DNA of 64,000 bases from the NCBI GenBank assembly GCA_030141605.1, contig JAQGDQ010000136.1, forward strand, positions 1 to 64,000, written 5' to 3'. Both the position numbers and the translations under genes were made by a program. The stretch's first letter is position 1, and the number at the start of each line of letters is the position of its first letter. Shown one piece after another: positions 1-10,633 of the stretch. The notes below the pieces were generated by a model that did no database searches, was not told where the DNA came from, and saw only the letters and a list, made by a program, of their open reading frames with translations. The stretch comes from Tubiluchus corallicola (Eukaryota > Animalia > Priapulida).

Positions 1-1491
1 TGTTCAAATTACGTTCTTAACATACCAACAGTTTTTCAAATGGCATAAGTAAGATGAAGACTGAGATCCCACTATACTGTACGATTGTGTTATATTAATG
101 TACGCTTTGTACGAGTAAAATAATGAATAAATTATAGTACCATAACGACGAGTGAAAAACTCCTTTCTACGAGCGTAGAGGTGACAGGCTCGATCAAACT
201 GGTGCGTTCAATGAAAAGCGCTCAAAATACCCTTAACTTCTGAATGAATACCCCCGACATTATATACTGTACTTTTAATGAATGTGGAAATCTTCCCGAG
301 GTACTTTAGTGCTTAGAAATTTGTACTATGGCTTTAACAATCCTTTCATAGTGTCGAGCAAATTCATAGAGTACTGTCTTATCGCATAGAAATTATTCAG
401 CCTCAAGCTTTTTACAGCGAGCAAGTCTTGGTTGGCCTGAACATAAGCAATAATCAAGCGTTTGGATAATGTGTTACAAAGCATTTGTATATAAATGTGG
501 GTCACAACTTTCAAAATTCAAAGTCTAACCAAAACCAGCTAAAGTAGTTTAAATCGTTTTTAATTATGGAAATTCCCCGCAGAGAAACAAAAAAAGAAAG
601 ACAGAGATAGAGTTTCAGATTGCAGTATAAGCAGAAGCCAAACAACAGTGACCAAGACATGCTAACAGACAAACACGGAACTTCTCATTCATTGTTTAGG
701 GGACGCTGAGGAAGCTCACTACTCAGCAGTCATCAAAATATACCAACAGAGAGGCAAGCAGACATGGGGCTTCAGGCTGCATTATGCTCGCGCGACAAAA
801 CGTCGAGACCACTTCATCATCCTTAAGCGACGGCCGTGATTGAGAAGCATTTTTTTTCCAAATCGAGCGAATAACTGAACGCTGTCTAGGTCATAACTGA
901 GAGTAATTTAATAAATGTGCAGGCGACACTACACTTGCTTTCATCATATTTCGCCTTTCAACGACTTTAAATTCAGTCTCAGCTGAGATGCAGTTGATAA
1001 TTCGTTTCGAAACCACAATTTAGTGAGAGTCAACGATTGGTGAATGACCGATTGAAAATTTCTTGGAAAAAACGCATTGATTTCGTCCAATCGTGGTTCT
1101 TATTATAAACTATAGTAAGTTCAGTCAGCTGTACGATTTTATGAAACTTCTTATTTTTACAGCACTTTATGTGAGTAGTTTAAACAGGACCGCAATCTTG
1201 CTTATTATCACGGTTAATCCTTTAGTATGAAACACTAAATCGACAGAGGTGTCTTGGCCGTTTTGGGTGTGAATGCACCCTCCCTCAACGAATTAGCCAG
1301 AATTAGCATGGCCAAAAAACCAATAGTGTTATTTAACTTCGGCGACGAAGTGCATACCGTCACCACTCGCCCAAATTATCAGCTTTGGGTAAATCTGATT
1401 CTTTTGTGAGCAATTGGTACTGGTCCCAAATACAACACGTCATTTTGGGTCGAGTGCTCGTTCCACATTATTACTCATCTGGATGTTGATG
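1..1491 (+). repeat. Segment A, copy 1 of a near-identical direct duplication (partner 8347-9837); probably extends beyond the window start
   Basis: The sequence recurs at offset 8346 (identical ORFs 326-514 and 8672-8860). Substitutions seen at 219/8565 and 606/8952. Identity ends in a GAT/GTT repeat at 1491/9837. Confidence 0.97.
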
Positions 1492-3210
1492 ATGATAATG
1501 ATCGAGATGATTTTTTTCCGAACTTCACACACTGCATGCCAGGAAACAGCCAACTCAAAGGAGGTGTTTGTGTGAGTCTGATTTATTATTAAAGTTGTCC
1601 TTCTAAGATCCGCCACTGAACTGACTGATGTGCGTCAGCAATATTCAGATGCATGTATACATCGTCCCTCTACAAAGTAAACGGCTAAGGCTTACTGCCA
1701 AGCTCACTTAAATGATACTGCCAAAAGTGAGTGTCAAACCCACAGCAGTAAGACGAAGTGCAGGCACCTTAACCACTAAGCAATAGAACCTTGCTAATGA
1801 AATGATGAAAATGTTGGTAACAATGATAACGATGACTGTAGGGGCTAGAATGATGATTTTCGTATTGGTGATGTTATGAAGGATTGTAATGTTGACATTG
1901 ATAATGACTGAAGCAATATCATAACTTACCACATATCATCACTTACCTTCTCTGTAACATAATTCCTTATGGTTTTGTTTAATTAAACATTCATTCTTCA
2001 CCTAACTGAAAATATACATATGTTAGCTATCTCTTTTTTACTAACTACTAATTTAGGAACAGCAACATGGTTGAAATGGTAACGGTTGCGGCTACTGGTG
2101 GATGTGCTGTTATAGTGGCGGTGGTAGGAGTGTGTTGCTGCAGTACTAGGGCAGTGCTAATATCAGTGGCAGCAGCAGCAGTGGCAGTGACAGTAGTGGT
2201 TGGAAGCTGCTGTTCTTGCTTTTATGGCGATGTTGTCAATGCACCAAAATTTAAATAAAACTACATTTTCTACAATACTAGTCTTGCTGGCCCTTAGAAC
2301 TGAAATATTGAGCCAAAAGTAGCTATCATGTACACCATGACTTGGAGCTTTGTGCAGTATGTAGCTGACTGACGTAGGCATCTTGAAGTGAGCATTTGAA
2401 GTGAAACAATATTAATAATTTTCTATTCATAGAATTAGACCTAGACTAGTACAGCCAAATCAATCTAACTTTAAGTGTTGACATCTAATATCTACTGTAA
2501 GATTATCAATTATATTATTTGCACTGCAGGTGGCCATGAAGAATGACGTCATAGATTTCTTCCTTCTCTGCTTGATAATGCCTTTACTCTGGTCATTGAC
2601 AGATGGAAAGAACCATGTGTGTCCACTGTCCACCCAGGAAACTTTTTGTCAGTGTACCAGTATTACACCAATTGAAATATCTTGTGAGAGAAGTGATAGA
2701 TCACGTGTACAATTTTCATTGTCATCAGTGAAGCACTTCATCCACAAACTCATAGTGCAGTTTAATGCGGATTTTACTATTGTTACGGCATCCGTCTTTG
2801 CCCATTTAGAAATTAAGGAGTTGATTCTTGATAGGAATGAGATCGAAAACATCGCAGCACATGCTTTAAACAATTCAGCTGAAAGTTTGGTTCATTTAAG
2901 TTTACTGGAGAACAGGCTGTCCCAGATTCCTAGCGATGCATTAGAAAACTTGAGATCTGTGCGTCATTTAAATTTGGGAAAAAATGATATAGCAGCGATT
3001 CGCAGCCATGCATTTGAGACAATGTCTTCCCTACAGAACTTGAAGCTGTATGAGAACAAAATAAGCCACATTGATGCAGAGGCATTCCATGGATTGGATC
3101 ATCTAGTCGAACTTGATCTTCAAGATAACAAAATCACATTTGTGCCAAGCGTTGCCTTAGACAGACTTCGTCAGCTGAGGAAATTAGATCTTGGGCATAA
3201 TAAATTAAGC
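1487..3210 (+). repeat. Segment B, left arm of a 1724-bp inverted duplication (partner 5932-7655)
   Basis: Position x pairs with 9142-x (ORF 2530 + mirrors 6612 -; 1708-1932 mirrors 7210-7434). Substitutions seen at 1806/7336 and 1972/7170. Confidence 0.97.
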
Positions 3211-5373
3211 TATGTCAATGACTCGGCTTTCGAGAATCTTACACTGCTAGAAACATTGAACTTGTCCTATAATGATATACATACTATATACGATTATGCT
3301 TTCTCTGGATTGATTAACTGTCTTAGAGTGTTGTTTCTCCTCAGCAATAACATTAAGCACATCCCAGCAAAAGCATTGAACTTGACCCGCTTACATTATC
3401 TGGTAATTGCTGACAACCAGTTGAGTGCTATACCAGACAATGTCTTTTCAAGCCTCCCATTGCTTAGAACATTGAATCTAGCAACAAATGTTATTAGCAA
3501 AATATCAGAGCACGCATTTAAAGGACTCGAAGATTTGATGTACCTGCACATCTATGAAAATAGATTAGAGGAAGTGCCCTATATGGCGCTGCAAGTGTTT
3601 CGGCAGCTTTATGTTCTTAACGTGGGAGTCAACAGAATCAAGGTTCTTCCTCCATCGACATTCAATGACAACTTGAAGAAGAGTTTAGGGACATTGAATA
3701 TGAATGATAATCATATCTCTGAAGTTCCTTCAAAAGCTTTAGCTGGAATGAAGAAGCTGTGGAAAATAGAGCTCAGCAAGAACGACATCATGCAAATCGA
3801 AGATGATTCCTTTGTCGAAACACCTAATCTTGAAGTTATCCGTCTCGGGGGTAACAATATTATGTACATTGCTGATAACGCCTTTCGGGGTCTTGAACCT
3901 GTATTAGAGCACTTGATCTTGAGTCACAATCAAATAAAAGTGTTTCCTAAAGAAGCTGTTACTAACATGGATGAGCTAAAAATTTTGGAATTACATGACA
4001 ATTTAATCGTTGATATTCCCGATGATTCTGTAGCAACGTTGAGTAAGCTAGAGAATCTCACAATGAAAAACAATGCTATAGAAACTTTATCATCAAGAGC
4101 ATTTGGCGAGCAGTGTAATAAGCATTTGAAGTTCATAGATTTGTCAAATAATAGAATCGCCTTGATAAAATCAAACACATTTGCAAATTTGACAGCAGTT
4201 AAATTGGTAAACCTTGCCAATAATCGCATAGAAGTTATTCGGCCTCGGGCTTTTTATAATGATCCAGTCTTGGTTAGCCTCAATTTTAGCAATAATCAAA
4301 TACAGAAGATAGAAGACGGGGTGTTTATAAACTTGCCAAAATTGGAGGTGCTGGACCTCAGCAATAATTCTGTAGATTACATAACACCAAAAGCTTTTGT
4401 ACATTTGAAGAATTTAAAATGGTTGGATCTTAGCGAAAACAACATAACCATCCTGAGGCGAGGAACACTGAGCTCTCTTCCTAAACTGGAACATTTAGAT
4501 TTGGTGAAGAACACCATAGTACGCATGGAAGAAGGCACTCTGTCTAATCAACAGACAGCCAGTATAAAAGAACTTTATTTGAGCAGCAATGCTTGGATCT
4601 GTACCTGTCATTTGACATGGTTGCGTATATGGTTGGAAGAATGGCTAACCATAACTGGCTACAGGATGCATACACTGGATCGTGTGTTGTGTTATGGTCC
4701 TGCAGATGTCATGGGCACTTGTGTGATGTGCCATCCTGTGGATGCATTTCAGTGTCGGGTTTTGCCATCAACGCTGCCTCCAGAACAGCCCCTCTGCAAA
4801 GAGAAAAAGGATGGACATTTTGTGATAATGATGTTGCTAGCATGCTGGCTAGCAGCCTTCTTTCTTGCTTTGATAATACTTACAGGGTATGCTTACATTC
4901 TCAATGGAAGACTTCTTAAACCCTATGACTTTGAAAGCTCCAGAGAAATGACACCATTAGATGAGGCTGAGATCGAGGAAGAGGTACCACCTCCTCCACC
5001 GCCTCCAAGCAAAAACAGCTCTGGAGACATTCCAACAAAAACTGTAATAAGTAGGTCTGATCCAGGTCAGTTAAAAGGGATCACATTTGCTGACGAAGAA
5101 GGGCCACCACCGGAGTATTCTAGTCCTTCAAATAACTACATACATAGTGTTTCTACACCAAACGTTCCCGTGACACAAACAAGAGATCAGGTCAACTATC
5201 AGCACATACACAGCATTTCTACGCCCAATGTCCAAAGAGCAGCAAAGCTGGAACGTTCGCCAAGTCCCCAACCGCCGGTATCTCCAAATGTTTATGTGCA
5301 CAGTCAATCTGCTCCAAATTTTGACAGTCTTGTGAAAACTGACCTTATGGCTAAAGAGATGACACCAGTTTGA
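2536..5373 (+). CDS. Type I transmembrane leucine-rich-repeat receptor/adhesion protein, 945 aa, single coding exon (signal peptide, LRRNT, about two dozen LRRs, LRRCT, TM, Pro-rich tail, no TIR)
   Basis: Splice acceptor TTTGCACTGCAG ends at 2529 and GCCATG gives ATG at 2536. Signal peptide MKNDVIDFFLLCLIMPLLWSLTDG; LRRNT CPLSTQETFCQCT..ISC; repeated LxxLxLxxNxIxxI; LRRCT NAWICTCHLTWL..CYGP; TM FVIMMLLACWLAAFFLALIILTGYAYIL; TGA at 5371-5373. Confidence 0.93.
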   Translation: MKNDVIDFFLLCLIMPLLWSLTDGKNHVCPLSTQETFCQCTSITPIEISCERSDRSRVQFSLSSVKHFIHKLIVQFNADFTIVTASVFAHLEIKELILDRNEIENIAAHALNNSAESLVHLSLLENRLSQIPSDALENLRSVRHLNLGKNDIAAIRSHAFETMSSLQNLKLYENKISHIDAEAFHGLDHLVELDLQDNKITFVPSVALDRLRQLRKLDLGHNKLSYVNDSAFENLTLLETLNLSYNDIHTIYDYAFSGLINCLRVLFLLSNNIKHIPAKALNLTRLHYLVIADNQLSAIPDNVFSSLPLLRTLNLATNVISKISEHAFKGLEDLMYLHIYENRLEEVPYMALQVFRQLYVLNVGVNRIKVLPPSTFNDNLKKSLGTLNMNDNHISEVPSKALAGMKKLWKIELSKNDIMQIEDDSFVETPNLEVIRLGGNNIMYIADNAFRGLEPVLEHLILSHNQIKVFPKEAVTNMDELKILELHDNLIVDIPDDSVATLSKLENLTMKNNAIETLSSRAFGEQCNKHLKFIDLSNNRIALIKSNTFANLTAVKLVNLANNRIEVIRPRAFYNDPVLVSLNFSNNQIQKIEDGVFINLPKLEVLDLSNNSVDYITPKAFVHLKNLKWLDLSENNITILRRGTLSSLPKLEHLDLVKNTIVRMEEGTLSNQQTASIKELYLSSNAWICTCHLTWLRIWLEEWLTITGYRMHTLDRVLCYGPADVMGTCVMCHPVDAFQCRVLPSTLPPEQPLCKEKKDGHFVIMMLLACWLAAFFLALIILTGYAYILNGRLLKPYDFESSREMTPLDEAEIEEEVPPPPPPPSKNSSGDIPTKTVISRSDPGQLKGITFADEEGPPPEYSSPSNNYIHSVSTPNVPVTQTRDQVNYQHIHSISTPNVQRAAKLERSPSPQPPVSPNVYVHSQSAPNFDSLVKTDLMAKEMTPV

Positions 5374-5886
5374 AGTTATGCCAGGCAACTAAACTGCATA
5401 AAATATATGAAATGCTTAAATTTTAAGTTTAATGGTGTACGTTAATTTTAATTTTGTATGTTCGTGGTAACACAGAAATTGACCAAGTATAAAATGTGTG
5501 CTATATGACATTCCAAACATTGGTGCAAATTACAGATTTTTGGTTATGTGTGTAAGTTTATTGACTGTGTCCTGTAACTACATTGCAATGCATAATTAAA
5601 CTTCGTGATTGTACTTTTAAGGTCAATTTTACTTATTGAACAACAAAAAATTTAAATGTGTACATGCAGTGTTATTATTTATGCATTTGTCGTGCGAACA
5701 CTTGGTGTAGCAGTTGTCTTGTTTGATGCTTCTCAATATTTTTATGTTCTAGAAGACTGACTACAGATAAAAGGTTAGTAAATACTTATAATTGACAATG
5801 TCTTCTAACCAGTGTTTCACATTATTTAATTTTATAGCTAGTTGTTTGCATATTATACCTTAGCTATGCGAATGTAAATGCAAAAA

Positions 5887-6606
5887 TTATTTTTTATAAA
5901 AAAATATTAAAATTGTCATAATAGTCGTGACGCTTAATTTATTATGCCCAAGATCTAATTTCCTCAGCTGACGAAGTCTGTCTAAGGCAACGCTTGGCAC
6001 AAATGTGATTTTGTTATCTTGAAGATCAAGTTCGACTAGATGATCCAATCCATGGAATGCCTCTGCATCAATGTGGCTTATTTTGTTCTCATACAGCTTC
6101 AAGTTCTGTAGGGAAGACATTGTCTCAAATGCATGGCTGCGAATCGCTGCTATATCATTTTTTCCCAAATTTAAATGACGCACAGATCTCAAGTTTTCTA
6201 ATGCATCGCTAGGAATCTGGGACAGCCTGTTCTCCAGTAAACTTAAATGAACCAAACTTTCAGCTGAATTGTTTAAAGCATGTGCTGCGATGTTTTCGAT
6301 CTCATTCCTATCAAGAATCAACTCCTTAATTTCTAAATGGGCAAAGACGGATGCCGTAACAATAGTAAAATCCGCATTAAACTGCACTATGAGTTTGTGG
6401 ATGAAGTGCTTCACTGATGACAATGAAAATTGTACACGTGATCTATCACTTCTCTCACAAGATATTTCAATTGGTGTAATACTGGTACACTGACAAAAAG
6501 TTTCCTGGGTGGACAGTGGACACACATGGTTCTTTCCATCTGTCAATGACCAGAGTAAAGGCATTATCAAGCAGAGAAGGAAGAAATCTATGACGTCATT
6601 CTTCAT
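5887..6606 (-). pseudogene. Truncated inverted copy of the LRR gene: first 225 aa identical plus a 14-aa novel tail (VTTIMTILIFFYKK), 239 aa, no LRRCT or native TM
   Basis: The translation matches 2536-3210 up to LGHNKLS, then crosses the junction at 5931/5932 into the antisense of sequence downstream of the intact copy. The splice acceptor is retained upstream of 6612. Confidence 0.85.
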
Positions 6607-7655
6607 GGCCACCTGCAGTGCAAATAATATAATTGATAATCTTACAGTAGATATTAGATGTCAACACTTAAAGTTAGATTGATTTGGCTGTACTAGTCTA
6701 GGTCTAATTCTATGAATAGAAAATTATTAATATTGTTTCACTTCAAATGCTCACTTCAAGATGCCTACGTCAGTCAGCTACATACTGCACAAAGCTCCAA
6801 GTCATGGTGTACATGATAGCTACTTTTGGCTCAATATTTCAGTTCTAAGGGCCAGCAAGACTAGTATTGTAGAAAATGTAGTTTTATTTAAATTTTGGTG
6901 CATTGACAACATCGCCATAAAAGCAAGAACAGCAGCTTCCAACCACTACTGTCACTGCCACTGCTGCTGCTGCCACTGATATTAGCACTGCCCTAGTACT
7001 GCAGCAACACACTCCTACCACCGCCACTATAACAGCACATCCACCAGTAGCCGCAACCGTTACCATTTCAACCATGTTGCTGTTCCTAAATTAGTAGTTA
7101 GTAAAAAAGAGATAGCTAACATATGTATATTTTCAGTTAGGTGAAGAATGAATGTTTAATTAAACAAAATCATAAGGAATTATGTTACAGAGAAGGTAAG
7201 TGATGATATGTGGTAAGTTATGATATTGCTTCAGTCATTATCAATGTCAACATTACAATCCTTCATAACATCACCAATACGAAAATCATCATTCTAGCCC
7301 CTACAGTCATCGTTATCATTGTTACCAACATTTTCGTCATTTCATTAGCAAGGTTCTATTGCTTAGTGGTTAAGGTGCCTGCACTTCGTCTTACTGCTGT
7401 GGGTTTGACACTCACTTTTGGCAGTATCATTTAAGTGAGCTTGGCAGTAAGCCTTAGCCGTTTACTTTGTAGAGGGACGATGTATACATGCATCTGAATA
7501 TTGCTGACGCACATCAGTCAGTTCAGTGGCGGATCTTAGAAGGACAACTTTAATAATAAATCAGACTCACACAAACACCTCCTTTGAGTTGGCTGTTTCC
7601 TGGCATGCAGTGTGTGAAGTTCGGAAAAAAATCATCTCGATCATTATCATCATCA
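5932..7655 (-). repeat. Segment B', right arm of the inverted duplication
   Basis: Reverse complement of 1487-3210; it continues into a (CAT)n tract at about 7641-7697. Confidence 0.97.
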
Positions 7656-8346
7656 TCACCATCATCATCATCATTATCATCATCTTCATCATCATTATGA
7701 ACAGTGACTCAGTGAGATTCTTTTGAATTTATTGTACTAAGAACATATACATAATATCCACGTAGGAACCAAGTTACACTCTGTTATATTGCGTATGTCC
7801 TCAACGAACTTAGCTACTGTGACACGATCAGTAATTTCTGGCACAGGCAAGATCATCAGGAAGCCATTAGCAGAGAATTACTTGTAAAGGAAATTTATTT
7901 ACACGCAAACTACATTGACAGGCGACTGCTGGTGCAACTGAAATGCCTAATTGACTTTGTTCACAATCAACAGCAATATCTAATGTAGCAACCGTCAACA
8001 AGCTTATAGTTATCTCACAATGATAATCATGTAAGAAAGCAGTTATCGCGGCTATCTTCATTTCATCATAGTTTAACATCAATCAGCTAGATAGGCTGAA
8101 AACTGAAGTTGATGAAATGTTTGTCCAGATTCATTAGGAAAAGGCTTTTAAGATGATTTTGCTTCAGCTTAGTTTTGGCGCCAAAAGGATTGAAGGACAC
8201 GCCATATAATAAGTCACAAGAACATGATGTAACTGGTTTCCTATTCTTAATCATTTTTGACTTTAAGTGCAATAACCAAAAGTAGCATTATAGTTTATAT
8301 AGTTTCCTTTCTAACTACATTCACGATGATTATTAAAAAACAAAAC

Positions 8347-9837
8347 TGTTCAAATTACGTTCTTAACATACCAACAGTTTTTCAAATGGCATAAGTAAGA
8401 TGAAGACTGAGATCCCACTATACTGTACGATTGTGTTATATTAATGTACGCTTTGTACGAGTAAAATAATGAATAAATTATAGTACCATAACGACGAGTG
8501 AAAAACTCCTTTCTACGAGCGTAGAGGTGACAGGCTCGATCAAACTGGTGCGTTCAATGAAAAGTGCTCAAAATACCCTTAACTTCTGAATGAATACCCC
8601 CGACATTATATACTGTACTTTTAATGAATGTGGAAATCTTCCCGAGGTACTTTAGTGCTTAGAAATTTGTACTATGGCTTTAACAATCCTTTCATAGTGT
8701 CGAGCAAATTCATAGAGTACTGTCTTATCGCATAGAAATTATTCAGCCTCAAGCTTTTTACAGCGAGCAAGTCTTGGTTGGCCTGAACATAAGCAATAAT
8801 CAAGCGTTTGGATAATGTGTTACAAAGCATTTGTATATAAATGTGGGTCACAACTTTCAAAATTCAAAGTCTAACCAAAACCAGCTAAAGTAGTTTAAAT
8901 CGTTTTTAATTATGGAAATTCCCCGCAGAGAAACAAAAAAAGAAAGACAGACATAGAGTTTCAGATTGCAGTATAAGCAGAAGCCAAACAACAGTGACCA
9001 AGACATGCTAACAGACAAACACGGAACTTCTCATTCATTGTTTAGGGGACGCTGAGGAAGCTCACTACTCAGCAGTCATCAAAATATACCAACAGAGAGG
9101 CAAGCAGACATGGGGCTTCAGGCTGCATTATGCTCGCGCGACAAAACGTCGAGACCACTTCATCATCCTTAAGCGACGGCCGTGATTGAGAAGCATTTTT
9201 TTTCCAAATCGAGCGAATAACTGAACGCTGTCTAGGTCATAACTGAGAGTAATTTAATAAATGTGCAGGCGACACTACACTTGCTTTCATCATATTTCGC
9301 CTTTCAACGACTTTAAATTCAGTCTCAGCTGAGATGCAGTTGATAATTCGTTTCGAAACCACAATTTAGTGAGAGTCAACGATTGGTGAATGACCGATTG
9401 AAAATTTCTTGGAAAAAACGCATTGATTTCGTCCAATCGTGGTTCTTATTATAAACTATAGTAAGTTCAGTCAGCTGTACGATTTTATGAAACTTCTTAT
9501 TTTTACAGCACTTTATGTGAGTAGTTTAAACAGGACCGCAATCTTGCTTATTATCACGGTTAATCCTTTAGTATGAAACACTAAATCGACAGAGGTGTCT
9601 TGGCCGTTTTGGGTGTGAATGCACCCTCCCTCAACGAATTAGCCAGAATTAGCATGGCCAAAAAACCAATAGTGTTATTTAACTTCGGCGACGAAGTGCA
9701 TACCGTCACCACTCGCCCAAATTATCAGCTTTGGGTAAATCTGATTCTTTTGTGAGCAATTGGTACTGGTCCCAAATACAACACGTCATTTTGGGTCGAG
9801 TGCTCGTTCCACATTATTACTCATCTGGATGTTGATG
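8347..9837 (+). repeat. Segment A, copy 2 of the direct duplication
   Basis: TGTTCAAATTACG at 8347 equals window position 1; the match runs to GGATGTTGATG at 9837. Confidence 0.97.
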
Positions 9838-9906
9838 TTGATGATGCTGCAATTTTTGTTTGAAAACCTGCCTATTTTACTTGTTCTGGTAGTTTTGCTC
9901 TGTTAA

Positions 9907-10633
9907 ACACAAAACAACGGCTAAAACTCTCCCTGGCTCCACGTGTTTAATAGCTTGCTTGGTACCTTTAATTTACACACTGGCTACTGAGCAAATGACC
10001 AGAAAGAATTCCTTGGATGCTAAAAAGGCTAAAAACTTTGTAATAGCAATTATTGGATTCATTTTTGAACTTGGTAAAAAGGACGGCAAAAGTTAACATA
10101 GTGAATAAGAAAATAAACATTTTCCTGTTTACCGAGAACGGTAACTTTTTAAGTTAGTGGTTTCATGTATAGCGACGTCAAAACTGATGAATTAGCTATT
10201 GTTATTACAAATGAAATGTAACAATTCCTGAGCACGTATGTCTGTTGAGTAGATGTCTGGTCATGTTTACTCAACTTCATGGTTGTATAAGGCATAATTA
10301 AGGTGGATAGGAACTCCAGCTAGGCAGTAAAAATATTAAAACGCGAGTGCTACTGTTATGGATCGTCGTAGATCAAACATAATGCTGTCTAGTGAATCGT
10401 CAGTATAGAATTGTTATCATTGTGATACGTGGGATAAGTTTCTGAGCCATTGTTTGAAAACTTTCCTATTTGACTTGTACTTGTAGTTTTGTTTTTTTTA
10501 CACAAAATCCACATCTAAAAACCCTCGTCTGGCTTCACATGTTTAATAGTTTGTTTGGTGGCGTTAATTTACACACTGGCTATTGAAAAATTGACCACAA
10601 AAATTCCTAGAAAACCAAAAGAACTAGAAGACT
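9907..10633 (+). repeat. Diverged direct repeat pair of about 130 bp (about 9907-10037 and 10500-10633)
   Basis: Both contain TGTTTAATAG.TTG.TTGGT...TTAATTTACACACTGGCTA.TGA..AA.TGACCA.AAA.AATTCCT with many substitutions. Confidence 0.7.

Noticed and set aside
2530-2535. GTG start of the LRR ORF given in the ORF track
   Set aside because: 2530 is the first base after a splice acceptor; the ATG at 2536 opens the signal peptide.
2536-5373. Toll-like receptor or a named gene (chaoptin, slit, tartan/capricious)
   Set aside because: There is no TIR, EGF or Ig domain, and I cannot assign orthology by eye, so no symbol is given.
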